A DNA stretch of 20,000 nucleotides, taken from IMG/VR virus record IMGVR_UViG_3300010998_000493. The stretch is one strand, 5' to 3'. Shown in pieces: positions 1 through 8,145 of this stretch. The notes below the pieces were generated by a model, which saw only the letters and a program-made list of their open reading frames with translations, searched no databases and was not told the DNA's origin. The first letter of the stretch is position 1, and the number at the start of each line of letters is the position of its first letter. Made by a program: the position numbers and the translations under genes. The DNA comes from an uncultured virus (IMG/VR IMGVR_UViG_3300010998_000493) (taxonomy: Duplodnaviria; Heunggongvirae; Uroviricota; Caudoviricetes).

Positions 1-2
1 CA

Positions 3-770
3 GATATGGTAAACCAAGGTTGGATAGAGAAAAAGACCAAACAAGTAGAAAAAACTGCTGTCATTCTTGATTTCTTTGGAATCAGTTCCCCCAATGCTTG
101 GGAGAACTATTATATGAATCAGCAACTGAAGGTTGCATTCCGAATCTCGCTTGCCACGACAAAGGAACCATACGCCATCTCCGCATGGTTGAGAAAAGGA
201 GAACTCCAGGCATCGGAAATTCTTGTAAAGGAAATTTATTCAGACACTCTGTTGAAGAGCAAGCTGCCTCTGATGAAAGACCTCATGCGGAAAAATTCAA
301 GTGACTTTGCAAAACAACTACAGGTGTTATGTGCTGAGTGTGGCGTAAAGCTCATTTATACACCATGCCTGAAAAAGGCACCTATCAGTGGCTCTACAAG
401 ATGGATAAACAATATCCCTTGCATACAGTTGTCTGGTAGAAGCAAAAGATATGACACTTTTTGGTTCTCGTTCTTTCATGAGATAGGACATATCCTGTTA
501 CATGGGAAGAAAGAAATTTTTCTTGAGGACATCGAATATGACGATGCTCAGAAAGCCAAAGAGAAGCAGGCCGATAAATTCTCGTCTGATATATTGTTAT
601 CTGAAAAAGAAGAAAAAGCAATACTCGAAGGAAACGATTTTTCTCAACGCAAATTGAAATATTATGCAGACATGTTTAATACCCATCCTGCCATTATCGT
701 TGGAAGGCTACAGCATTTGGGCATTCTTCCATTTGCTAAGCATGTGGAAAGTCTTGAGCTCTTCGGTTAA
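3..770 (+). CDS. C-terminal part of a HigA-family / ImmA-IrrE (HEXXH metallopeptidase) protein; 5' end lies outside the window
   Basis: FWFSFFHEIGHILLH HEXXH motif, 'AWLRKGE' and 'E..AD.FS..LL' are typical of HTH-ImmA fused antitoxins. The frame is open to the window edge and no HTH is present in the visible part. Confidence 0.8.
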   Translation, partial: DMVNQGWIEKKTKQVEKTAVILDFFGISSPNAWENYYMNQQLKVAFRISLATTKEPYAISAWLRKGELQASEILVKEIYSDTLLKSKLPLMKDLMRKNSSDFAKQLQVLCAECGVKLIYTPCLKKAPISGSTRWINNIPCIQLSGRSKRYDTFWFSFFHEIGHILLHGKKEIFLEDIEYDDAQKAKEKQADKFSSDILLSEKEEKAILEGNDFSQRKLKYYADMFNTHPAIIVGRLQHLGILPFAKHVESLELFG

Positions 771-942
771 TACAGAAATAAGTTTTGGGAAAAGGTCGGA
801 AACTGTATTGTTTACCTGCCTTTTTCCATTTTGCTGTAACAGCAATTCCCAATAGACAGTTCTCCTTGACACCCAATCACTTCATTTTTGAATATGCAAT
901 GACGAAGTGAGCTAAAGATTATAGCCTGCTGGTTACCTATTT

Positions 943-963
943 TGCGTAAACAATGCGTAAACA
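943..963. repeat. Tandem TGCGTAAACA direct repeat, candidate integrase arm-type sites (left of att core)
   Basis: Exact 10-mer at 943-952 and 954-963, about 115 bp from the tRNA fragment. Confidence 0.55.
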
Positions 964-1078
964 TTTTATTTCAGTTAGGGGTATTTTTATAAGATTCTGT
1001 GAAAATCACAAATGTGTAAGTTTTTGAAAATCAATATAGTTACATGTCATAGAGTATCATAAAAATCGTTATTTGCGG

Positions 1079-1120
1079 CTCATAATCTGGAGGTCCCAGG
1101 TTCAAGCCCTGGCTGGTCCA
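1079..1120 (+). tRNA. 3' half of a tRNA with CAT anticodon (Met/Ile2); att-site duplication, not a full gene
   Basis: CTCATAA anticodon loop, TCTGG stem strand, T-arm CCAGG-TTCAAGC-CCTGG (1096-1112), acceptor strand CTGGTCC-A. Upstream there is no matching 5' acceptor strand, D-arm or CCAGA. Confidence 0.85.
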
Positions 1121-1131
1121 CACTAATAATC

Positions 1132-1168
1132 AAGCACTTACAAAGATTTTGTAGGTGCTTTTTCTTTT
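1132..1168 (+). terminator. Hairpin/terminator downstream of the tRNA fragment
   Basis: AAGCACTTACAAA-GAT-TTTGTAGGTGCTT followed by a T-rich tail. Confidence 0.65.
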
Positions 1169-1172
1169 GTCG

Positions 1173-1221
1173 GTGACCTTTAAGTGACCTTTTTGAAGCA
1201 AAAGTGACCCTTCGTAACCCT
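1173..1221. repeat. Four GT(G/A)ACC(T/C)T direct repeats, candidate arm-type sites (right of att core)
   Basis: GTGACCTT at 1173 and 1184, GTGACCCT at 1204, GTAACCCT at 1214, arranged as two pairs with 10-11 bp spacing. Confidence 0.55.
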
Positions 1222-1476
1222 CTGAAACGTAGAGAGATTTTTTGTGAGTTCAAGAAATGTTTTTGCAAAGATTACAGCGAAAACAAGGAGTATTATTTCA
1301 AAGTGGCAAGCAGGAAAAGTAAACCAGATACCGAATTTAGGTATGTGGTTTGGAGTTGCCCCCGCTAATCAGCAAAAAAGCCATATTTGGTGGATATATG
1401 AACAGCAAAAACACATAAAAAAGAGGTGCTTGCCCATGATTTTAAAAGAGAGCGGTAGAAATTGAAAGTTTTTCAT

Positions 1477-1484
1477 TACTTTTG
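1477..1484 (+). promoter_or_regulatory. Bacteroidetes -7 promoter box for the HTH-dinD-HNH operon
   Basis: TACTTTTG matches TAnnTTTG about 20 nt upstream of the ATG at 1504. No clear -33 box. Confidence 0.5.
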
Positions 1485-1503
1485 TATGTTAGACATATAA
1501 CGT

Positions 1504-1735
1504 ATGGGAGAGATTAACCGGATAAATCTGGTCTTGTTCGAGAAGAAACGTACTAACAAGTGGCTTGCAGAACAGATGGGGGGTCAATCCGACCACCGTG
1601 TCGAAGTGGTGCACCAACTCTTCGCAACCCGACCTCGCCACAATTCTTAAAATAGCAGATTTGCTGGAGGTCGATATACGAGAATTGTTTGTGAGGGAAT
1701 ATAAACAATACCTTCTGTCAAAGATACAGAATTAA
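1504..1735 (+). pseudogene. XRE/Cro-CI helix-turn-helix regulator, frameshifted in a G6 run (missed by the ORF track)
   Basis: MGEINRINLVLFEKKRTNKWLAEQMG then, after removing one G from 1578-1583, VNPTTVSKWCTNSSQPDLATILKIADLLEVDIRELF...QN* (76 aa). As written it stops at 1650. Confidence 0.85.
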
Positions 1736-1745
1736 AATAAGGACT

Positions 1746-2606
1746 ATGGACATACAGAAAATACACCAGTATAAGTCGGCTTTCGACCAGATAGCCAAGG
1801 AGGTAAAGGACGATGATGGCAACAGCATCGTGGTATGGTATGCCCGAGAGCTTCAGCAGCAGTTAGGCTATGCTCGTTGGGAAAACTTTGTGGTTGCGAT
1901 AGGACGAGCAATCGACTCGTGTAAGACATTGGGAGTCAACGTTGATGACCATTTTCGTGAGGTCACGAAAATGGTCGGGTTGGGAAGTGGCTCACAACGC
2001 CCGATTCCCGACTTCATGCTCACCCGATATGCTTGTTATCTCATTGCACAGAATGGTGACCCCAAGAAAGAGGAGGTGGCTTTCGCCCAAGGCTATTTTG
2101 CAGTTCAGACTCGCAAGGCCGAGCTTATTGAGGAGCGGTTGAATGAGATAGCCCGCCTTAGCACACGTGACCGTCTCCGCGCTTCCGAAAAACAACTGAG
2201 TCGGAACATTTTCCAACGAGGTGTTGACGAAAAAGGTTTTGGACGTATTCGTTCCAAGGGTGACCAAGCGCTATTCGGAGGATTAACTACTGAACAGATG
2301 AAGAGACGTTTGGGCATCAAGAGCGGAGCCTTAGCTGACCGACTGCCGACGCTGACTATTGCTGCCAAAAACTTGGCAACAGAGATGACCAACTACAATG
2401 TTGAGCAGAAAGACCTTCAAGGCGAGAGAAGCATTACTGCCGAGCACGTGCAAAACAACCGAAGTGTTCGCGGTATGCTTGGCCAGCGAGGCATCAAGCC
2501 CGAGCAATTGCCAGCTGCGGAGGACATCAAGAAAGTGGAGCGGCGTGTGGCCAAAGACGAGAAGGAAATGCAGAAAGCGACACAGAAGTTGCCTAAGCAG
2601 AAATAA
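1746..2606 (+). CDS. dinD: DNA damage-inducible protein D (Bro-N-like domain)
   Basis: WYARELQQQLGYARWENF, LTRYACYLIAQNGDPKKEEVAFAQGYFAVQTR and IRSKGDQALFGG signatures. Confidence 0.9.
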   Translation: MDIQKIHQYKSAFDQIAKEVKDDDGNSIVVWYARELQQQLGYARWENFVVAIGRAIDSCKTLGVNVDDHFREVTKMVGLGSGSQRPIPDFMLTRYACYLIAQNGDPKKEEVAFAQGYFAVQTRKAELIEERLNEIARLSTRDRLRASEKQLSRNIFQRGVDEKGFGRIRSKGDQALFGGLTTEQMKRRLGIKSGALADRLPTLTIAAKNLATEMTNYNVEQKDLQGERSITAEHVQNNRSVRGMLGQRGIKPEQLPAAEDIKKVERRVAKDEKEMQKATQKLPKQK

Positions 2607-2611
2607 GCACC

Positions 2612-3454
2612 ATGACCAGACAAGGATTCATAGATTTTAATACACGACTGTCGCCTGAAAACTCCGGGAAAGCTCCTAGCTATGCTATGGCTATCAAGAT
2701 TCTGGACAAGGTGCTTCAGTATCAGAGTGTGATAGACCTGCATGGACAATCACTCTACAACGTTCGGGACACTGAGACCATTGAGGCTGTGCTGCAACTG
2801 GTGGGCAACGAGGTGAAAAAGATGAGACGGAATGAACCCAATATTTTTGACTACGGCAAGCCAAACCAACGGAGCTATCCGCTGAAGAATTTCTGCTCGT
2901 CTGCTCTTAGAAGCCTAAAGCAATATGCTCAATACGAGCAGGAAGTGGTGGTAGCAGATGGTATTGTGGCTCAGGAACGGAATCCGCGAACCATCTCTAC
3001 GAAGCTCATTGCACATTTTGATATTACAAAAGAGGGCGAAGACAAAATTTCACTTACCAAGCAGCGAAAAGGCCAAGACTTTTTCCGGCGGATGATTCTT
3101 GCTAATTATGGAGGCCGTTGCGCCCTTACTGGTATTGACATTCCTCAACTGCTGCTTGCCAGCCACATTATACCATGGGCCGACAAATCTCATAAGAAGG
3201 ACCGGCTAAATCCCTGCAACGGCATCTGCCTCTCTGCCCTGTATGACAAGGCCTTTGACCAAGGCCTCATCACCATCTCGCCCGATGACTACTGCGTTGT
3301 CCTATCCTCCGCCCTGCGAGAGAACGAGACAAAGGAGTACTACGACAAACACTTCGATTGCATCAAAGGTCAGAAGCTAACGATGCCCACAGACCATCTA
3401 CCCAACCGAGATTTTTTGGCATATCATAAAGATAAAGTATTCCTTGGGGAATAA
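2612..3454 (+). CDS. HNH endonuclease (putative restriction endonuclease, C-terminal HNH domain)
   Basis: RKGQDFFRRMILANYGGRCALTG...LLASHIIPWA...LNPCNGICLSALYDKAFDQGLITI. Confidence 0.85.
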   Translation: MTRQGFIDFNTRLSPENSGKAPSYAMAIKILDKVLQYQSVIDLHGQSLYNVRDTETIEAVLQLVGNEVKKMRRNEPNIFDYGKPNQRSYPLKNFCSSALRSLKQYAQYEQEVVVADGIVAQERNPRTISTKLIAHFDITKEGEDKISLTKQRKGQDFFRRMILANYGGRCALTGIDIPQLLLASHIIPWADKSHKKDRLNPCNGICLSALYDKAFDQGLITISPDDYCVVLSSALRENETKEYYDKHFDCIKGQKLTMPTDHLPNRDFLAYHKDKVFLGE

Positions 3455-3464
3455 ACATATTAAA

Positions 3465-4823
3465 ATGAAACAACATACTGTTGACAAATTATCAAAAGAC
3501 GAGATATTCGGTGGAAAAGTTATTGCCTCTTACAGGCAATGGCTGAAGAAACACCATCAAGAAACAAAAGGTTACGATTACAGAGCAGATATGGCTGTTA
3601 TTACACACTATCTGCAAAACATAGATTATCCAGAAGGCAATTTATATCGCAATGAGGCACTTCCCTTATTGGAAAAATACTATCGTGCAGCACATCCTGA
3701 TTTCTATGAGAATGATGAACCGAGCTTTGAACAAATTAAAGAACTCTTTTCCGAAATCTATGCAGCGCCTGTTCATACGCGACATCGTGGTAACAATGCC
3801 TTTACTTTCGTTGATTTGTTTGCCGGCATTGGAGGATTTCGCATCGCTCTTGAACAATTAGGCGGTCGATGCGTATATGCTTCTGAATTTGATTCCAGCG
3901 CTCAAAGAAGCTACGGCTTTAATCATGGTGTTATGCCATTCGGAGATATAACAAAGCAGAAAAATAAGGACCGAATACCTGAAAACGTAGATGTGTTATG
4001 CGCCGGATTCCCATGCCAACCATTCTCTTTAGCAGGATTGCGAAAAGGTTTTTCTGACGAAAAGAAAGGAACCTTGTTTTATGACCTTCGAGATATTATA
4101 GCTGCAAAGCGGCCTCGCATTATTCTTTTGGAAAACGTTCAAGGCCTACTCTCAATACACAATAAAGATGAAGAAGGAAACAGTTTGCCTGAAAAAACGA
4201 TTGAGACTATCCTGAGCATTCTTAGAGAAGAACTTCACTATTATATACCCGAACCAAAAGTACTGAATGCTAAAGATTTTGGCGTTCCACAAAACAGAAA
4301 TAGGGTTTTCATAGTTGGATTTCGAGACCGTCCACAAGAAGATTATCGCTATCCAACGGGTGAAGGAATTCCAGATGTACATTTTGGAGCAATACGAGAA
4401 AACGGAATTGTGGACACCAGATACTATATGTCCAATAGATACTGGCAAACCTTACTAAGACATAAGACTGCACAGCGTAAGCAGGGAAGGGGATACGGTT
4501 ATCGAATTATCAATGATGATGATTTCGGTCATACGTTGATGGTTGGAGGTATGGGATTAGAGCGAAATTTGGTTGTTGACGAGGCTAATTCTGAAGTGAA
4601 TAATGTGATTGATCCTCGCGGCGAACTAAATCATGATCATATACGTGTATTGACTGAAAGAGAATGTGCCCGAATGCAAGGTTTCCCAGACTATTTTGAG
4701 ATTCTTTACGGAAAGACCCCGGCTTATAAGCAATTTGGAAATTCAGTTGCAATTCCTGTGGTAAGAGAAGTTGCCGCCTCTTTGCTCGCACTTGCCAATA
4801 TTGATTATTTCCTTGTAGAATAG
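3465..4823 (+). CDS. DNA (cytosine-5)-methyltransferase, M.HpaII-like, with N-terminal extension (alternative TTG start at 3444)
   Basis: Motif I FAGIGG, IV GFPCQPFS, VI ENV, VIII QNRNR, IX R..ARMQGFP, X FGNSV. The variable region 'VGGMGLERNLV' resembles M.HpaII as I recall it. Confidence 0.93.
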   Translation: MKQHTVDKLSKDEIFGGKVIASYRQWLKKHHQETKGYDYRADMAVITHYLQNIDYPEGNLYRNEALPLLEKYYRAAHPDFYENDEPSFEQIKELFSEIYAAPVHTRHRGNNAFTFVDLFAGIGGFRIALEQLGGRCVYASEFDSSAQRSYGFNHGVMPFGDITKQKNKDRIPENVDVLCAGFPCQPFSLAGLRKGFSDEKKGTLFYDLRDIIAAKRPRIILLENVQGLLSIHNKDEEGNSLPEKTIETILSILREELHYYIPEPKVLNAKDFGVPQNRNRVFIVGFRDRPQEDYRYPTGEGIPDVHFGAIRENGIVDTRYYMSNRYWQTLLRHKTAQRKQGRGYGYRIINDDDFGHTLMVGGMGLERNLVVDEANSEVNNVIDPRGELNHDHIRVLTERECARMQGFPDYFEILYGKTPAYKQFGNSVAIPVVREVAASLLALANIDYFLVE

Positions 4824-4835
4824 ATGACGGATATT

Positions 4836-4858
4836 TACTATATTCGCGAAATATAGTA
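4836..4858. promoter_or_regulatory. 9-bp inverted repeat between the MTase and the GHKL cassette (operator or weak terminator)
   Basis: TACTATATT-cgcga-AATATAGTA. Confidence 0.35.
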
Positions 4859-4908
4859 TTAGAATTGTGCTATATTTTTGGAATATTTGCAAAATAATTT
4901 CAATAAAT

Positions 4909-4939
4909 GTTGTAATATCAAATAATATTTGTATCTTTG
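4909..4939 (+). promoter_or_regulatory. Bacteroidetes-type promoter for the three-gene GHKL cassette
   Basis: GTTG-N19-TATCTTTG, ending 34 nt upstream of the ATG at 4974. Confidence 0.55.
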
Positions 4940-4973
4940 GCGCAAAATATCTAACATTTTAAATCTGTAGTAT

Positions 4974-5213
4974 ATGGAGAAGTCGGAAAAGCGACAAAGA
5001 TTTGAGAAAGTGGCCGGTCATCGAGTACAGAAAATACTGGATACCTTAACGTTACTTCAAAACTGCTCTAACCGGAATAATTACGAATATTCGGAATCTG
5101 ATGTTGAGCAAATGTTCTCTGAAATATCGAAAGCACTCAAAGATGCTCGCTCAGCCTATGTGGGCGAGCTGAATAAGGTTAGCAAAAAAGGATTTACGTT
5201 TAAAAACAAGTAA
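4974..5213 (+). CDS. Small helical hypothetical protein (79 aa)
   Basis: KRQRFEKVAGHRV...L.NCSNRNNYEYSE.DVE.MF pattern, which I recall from small genes heading RM/defence loci. Has its own promoter and sits 3 nt from the next gene. Confidence 0.8.
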   Translation: MEKSEKRQRFEKVAGHRVQKILDTLTLLQNCSNRNNYEYSESDVEQMFSEISKALKDARSAYVGELNKVSKKGFTFKNK

Positions 5214-5216
5214 AGC

Positions 5217-7193
5217 ATGGAAAGCCTGAATAATTTTCATTGGCACTTTGGGGTAAGAGAAGGAGGCTCTGATACTGCAGACAACATTGATGCCAAATTC
5301 TTTGTAGAAAATTATGCATCTCTTGTACGAGAGTCATTACAGAACTCTTTAGATGCACAATTAGACGAGAATATTCCTGTTGTCGTTACATATAGATTTG
5401 GAAAGCTTGAAATTCCATCAGAATCCCCTTTCTTTGAAGTAGAAAAATATATTGATGGATGCTTAGCTTTACATCCAAACAAGAACGATCGTGTAAACAG
5501 GGCATATGGACCAATGCTTGGATACATACGGAACGCTAAACATAGCCAGAATATCAGTTTCCTTGAGGTCAGTGATACCAATACAATAGGTATGGATTAT
5601 ACTGATGATGAAGAAAAAATAACGAATACCCGATTTTATTCTTTTGCAAAAAGTATTGGAAACTCATCTAAAGATAATGATACTAGAGGTGGCTCCTATG
5701 GTTTAGGAAAGGCTGTCTTTTACAAAAACTCTTCGATGCGTACCATTATCATTTCTACGAAGACAAAAGATGGTTCTGTAGCATTCGAGGGTATAGCTTC
5801 TTTATGTACTTCTAAAGTCGACAACAAAAAGCGAGAGGCTACAGGCTACTTTTGTGATAATGACTTGGAAAAACCAACAATAGTCGAGACGAAAATACCC
5901 AAAGTATTTCAGAGAGAGGAATGTGGGACCTCGATTTTTATCATTGGCGTAGATGATAATTCTATTAATCAATCTACATGTTATAATGAGATTAAGAAAG
6001 CTGTAGCATCACATTTTTGGCTATCCATTTTACACAAGAAGCTCATAGTAAATGTTGGTGAAGAGACAATAAACGACAGAAACATAATTGATGTAGCTAC
6101 AAAGATGTTTCCAACGTCTGACGAAGAATCGCCAATTCCATTCATTGAAACAGTCTATTATGCAGAACCGGGAAATATTGATGGCTATAATAAAATTGAG
6201 AAAGATGTTCCTGAATTAGGTGAATGCATGCTATATATTCATAAGAAAAAGAATGGATCCAACATTGTTCTCAATATGAGAAAAACAGAAATGTTAATTT
6301 ATCAGCAATCCATGTTGAAGGGTTACGGGTATAATGGCGTTTTTGTTTGCACAGGTGACAAAGGAAACAAAATATTGCGAATGGCAGAAGACCCTGCACA
6401 TAAGACATGGAATTCAAACAACTGTGAGAATAATGAGGATAAAAGTGCTGCCAAACATGCTATACAAGAAAAGAACAGATTTATTAAGGACGGAATTATT
6501 GAATGTTTTGGTGGTCAAAATGAGAACACCTCAATAATTTCGGACTTGCAGAACTATTTATATATGAATATTTCCGAGAAAGAAATGGAAGCAAACAGAG
6601 AAGCCATTTATGGTATTCATTCTGGTGAGAAACAAAAGGAACCGTCTAGTTCTAAAATGCCAGATTTGTTTCCTGAAACTTTGCCAAAAGAAAGCACCCC
6701 AGATAACAATGACGTTAAAATATTTTATGTTGAAGAAAATACTTCGAACACAGATGAAGAAATAATTCCTTCTTTAGTCGGAGGTCATGGAGAAGGCGGA
6801 AAAGATGGACAAGGATACATTCAACCAATACCAAAAAACGAATTCACTCCAAATGATGATGGAGAAGAAAAGGGAACCTTCCTTAAACCTGTCAAAATGA
6901 AAGCTTGTGCTGTTTACACAAAAAAAACAGGCGGAATTCTTTATCATTATTTACGTCTTGTTCCAGGAAGCAATTGCAACAACATGGCATTAGACGTGTA
7001 TGCCGTTGGAGATGAGGAAGATTCCAATGACGAAATATTTATTGATGAAGTATCCGTTGGAAACTTAGAAGGACATAACCGAATTTGTGGCCTATCTGCA
7101 AAAGAAGGAGAACGAATTGAAATTAGAGTTCGATTTGAAGATAACATGTCTCACCCTGTAACTATTTCAGCATATGAAGTTACGCAGATTTAA
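5217..7193 (+). CDS. GHKL (HATPase_c / MORC-Hsp90-MutL-like) ATPase, 658 aa
   Basis: N-box LVRESLQNSLDA, G1-like VSDTNTIGM, G2 GGSYGLGK, later GTSIFI. Acidic Gly-rich linker and beta-rich C-terminus. Confidence 0.8.
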   Translation: MESLNNFHWHFGVREGGSDTADNIDAKFFVENYASLVRESLQNSLDAQLDENIPVVVTYRFGKLEIPSESPFFEVEKYIDGCLALHPNKNDRVNRAYGPMLGYIRNAKHSQNISFLEVSDTNTIGMDYTDDEEKITNTRFYSFAKSIGNSSKDNDTRGGSYGLGKAVFYKNSSMRTIIISTKTKDGSVAFEGIASLCTSKVDNKKREATGYFCDNDLEKPTIVETKIPKVFQREECGTSIFIIGVDDNSINQSTCYNEIKKAVASHFWLSILHKKLIVNVGEETINDRNIIDVATKMFPTSDEESPIPFIETVYYAEPGNIDGYNKIEKDVPELGECMLYIHKKKNGSNIVLNMRKTEMLIYQQSMLKGYGYNGVFVCTGDKGNKILRMAEDPAHKTWNSNNCENNEDKSAAKHAIQEKNRFIKDGIIECFGGQNENTSIISDLQNYLYMNISEKEMEANREAIYGIHSGEKQKEPSSSKMPDLFPETLPKESTPDNNDVKIFYVEENTSNTDEEIIPSLVGGHGEGGKDGQGYIQPIPKNEFTPNDDGEEKGTFLKPVKMKACAVYTKKTGGILYHYLRLVPGSNCNNMALDVYAVGDEEDSNDEIFIDEVSVGNLEGHNRICGLSAKEGERIEIRVRFEDNMSHPVTISAYEVTQI

Positions 7194-7704
7194 CAAAAAC
7201 ATACTGCCTTATCCAGTTCTCAGTGCCGAGAATGAAGACGTGAAGCCAAGTTTACAAGGTTTTCAGTCCATAGAAGTACGCCATGAAGTTAAAGAAGACA
7301 CTTTTCAATTCACGGCTAAACTTACTCAACGTAACCAAACCATAAACAAACTTATAAATGGCAATAAGGCCAAATACATGTTCGTTTTAACTTGTCCATC
7401 AACAGTTTTGCAGGTTAAGAAACTTTCTAAAGAAGCGGAATTGTCAATAGAAGTCAACAAGTTGTCCGTAAATGGTCATTTGGATTTTGACTGCTTTGTT
7501 GTATTGACAGAAAATATAAGTTATTCTAACATTGGCTTTGCTGACATTTATGAAGGGCTTTCATTTGATTTGGAAGCAGGTAATGTATTGGTACGCTTTC
7601 CACATATGGAAACAAATATGGACCTTTCAAATGAAAAAATGTTTGTATCAAAAGCCTTTGTAGAATTCATACGAACTGAAGACAAAGAGGTTGAAATTTC
7701 CTAA
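7174..7704 (+). CDS. Hypothetical beta-rich protein with N-terminal PYPVL motif, overlapping the ATPase gene; possibly 3'-truncated
   Basis: 20-nt overlap with the upstream gene and the same AT-rich composition. Confidence 0.7.
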   Translation: MKLRRFNKNILPYPVLSAENEDVKPSLQGFQSIEVRHEVKEDTFQFTAKLTQRNQTINKLINGNKAKYMFVLTCPSTVLQVKKLSKEAELSIEVNKLSVNGHLDFDCFVVLTENISYSNIGFADIYEGLSFDLEAGNVLVRFPHMETNMDLSNEKMFVSKAFVEFIRTEDKEVEIS

Positions 7705-7852
7705 GCCAAGTATTCCTTTCTTTACCTTAATATACAATTAAAGTTTATATAATAAGCCCTCAAAAGGTAAACGAAATGGGAGATTATTGGCGTTGTATGG
7801 GGACATTGTTGGAAACCGATAGGGAGAAAAACGTAAACATGGTGGCAAATGT

Positions 7853-8143
7853 TCAGACAGGATGTTTCTCGACAAACTCCGTGATGGCACGAGAGAGGAT
7901 GTCACCGATGGAAGTACGTTGTCCGGCAAAATACTTCATGTGGTTCAGTTTCTCATAAACAGACAGCGGGATGCGAGTCTGCACGTTTTTCATCGGTTCG
8001 GCAGTTGGGTATTGCGAGAACACCCCGACCGTCGGTTGTGTAGCGGCAGCAGATGCCACATTCATCTGAGCCATTGTCTCCTCATGTTCCATAGCGGCAG
8101 GGCTACCTGCCACGATACTTTTCTTGTAAGATTTTGTAGCCAT
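7853..8143 (-). CDS. Small ParG/omega-like partition adaptor (flexible N-tail plus C-terminal ribbon-helix-helix)
   Basis: Lies 2 nt downstream of parA. C-terminal VQTRIPLSVYEKLN...SIGDILSRAITEFVEKH fits beta-helix-helix. Confidence 0.7.
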   Translation of the reverse strand: MATKSYKKSIVAGSPAAMEHEETMAQMNVASAAATQPTVGVFSQYPTAEPMKNVQTRIPLSVYEKLNHMKYFAGQRTSIGDILSRAITEFVEKHPV

Positions 8144-8145
8144 TA

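Noticed and set aside
788..827. Terminator after the HEXXH gene
   Set aside because: Imperfect long-loop inverted repeat; too weak to call.
1040..1120. Complete tRNA-Met/Ile2 gene
   Set aside because: No 5' acceptor strand or D-arm, and TGCGG cannot pair with TCTGG. Only the 3' half is present.
1080..1465. ORFs 1080..1268 (-) and 1244..1465 (+)
   Set aside because: They overlap the tRNA fragment, att repeats and promoter region. DQPGLEPGTS is the typical antisense-tRNA shadow translation.
5217..7193. Sensor histidine kinase or gyrase B
   Set aside because: The GHKL domain is N-terminal, with no TM/HisKA region, response regulator or TOPRIM motif.
8095..8115. Additional hairpin-family copy in the RHH gene (IVAGSPAA)
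   Set aside because: The stem is only 6 bp and the register differs from the family, so it may be chance. Not counted.
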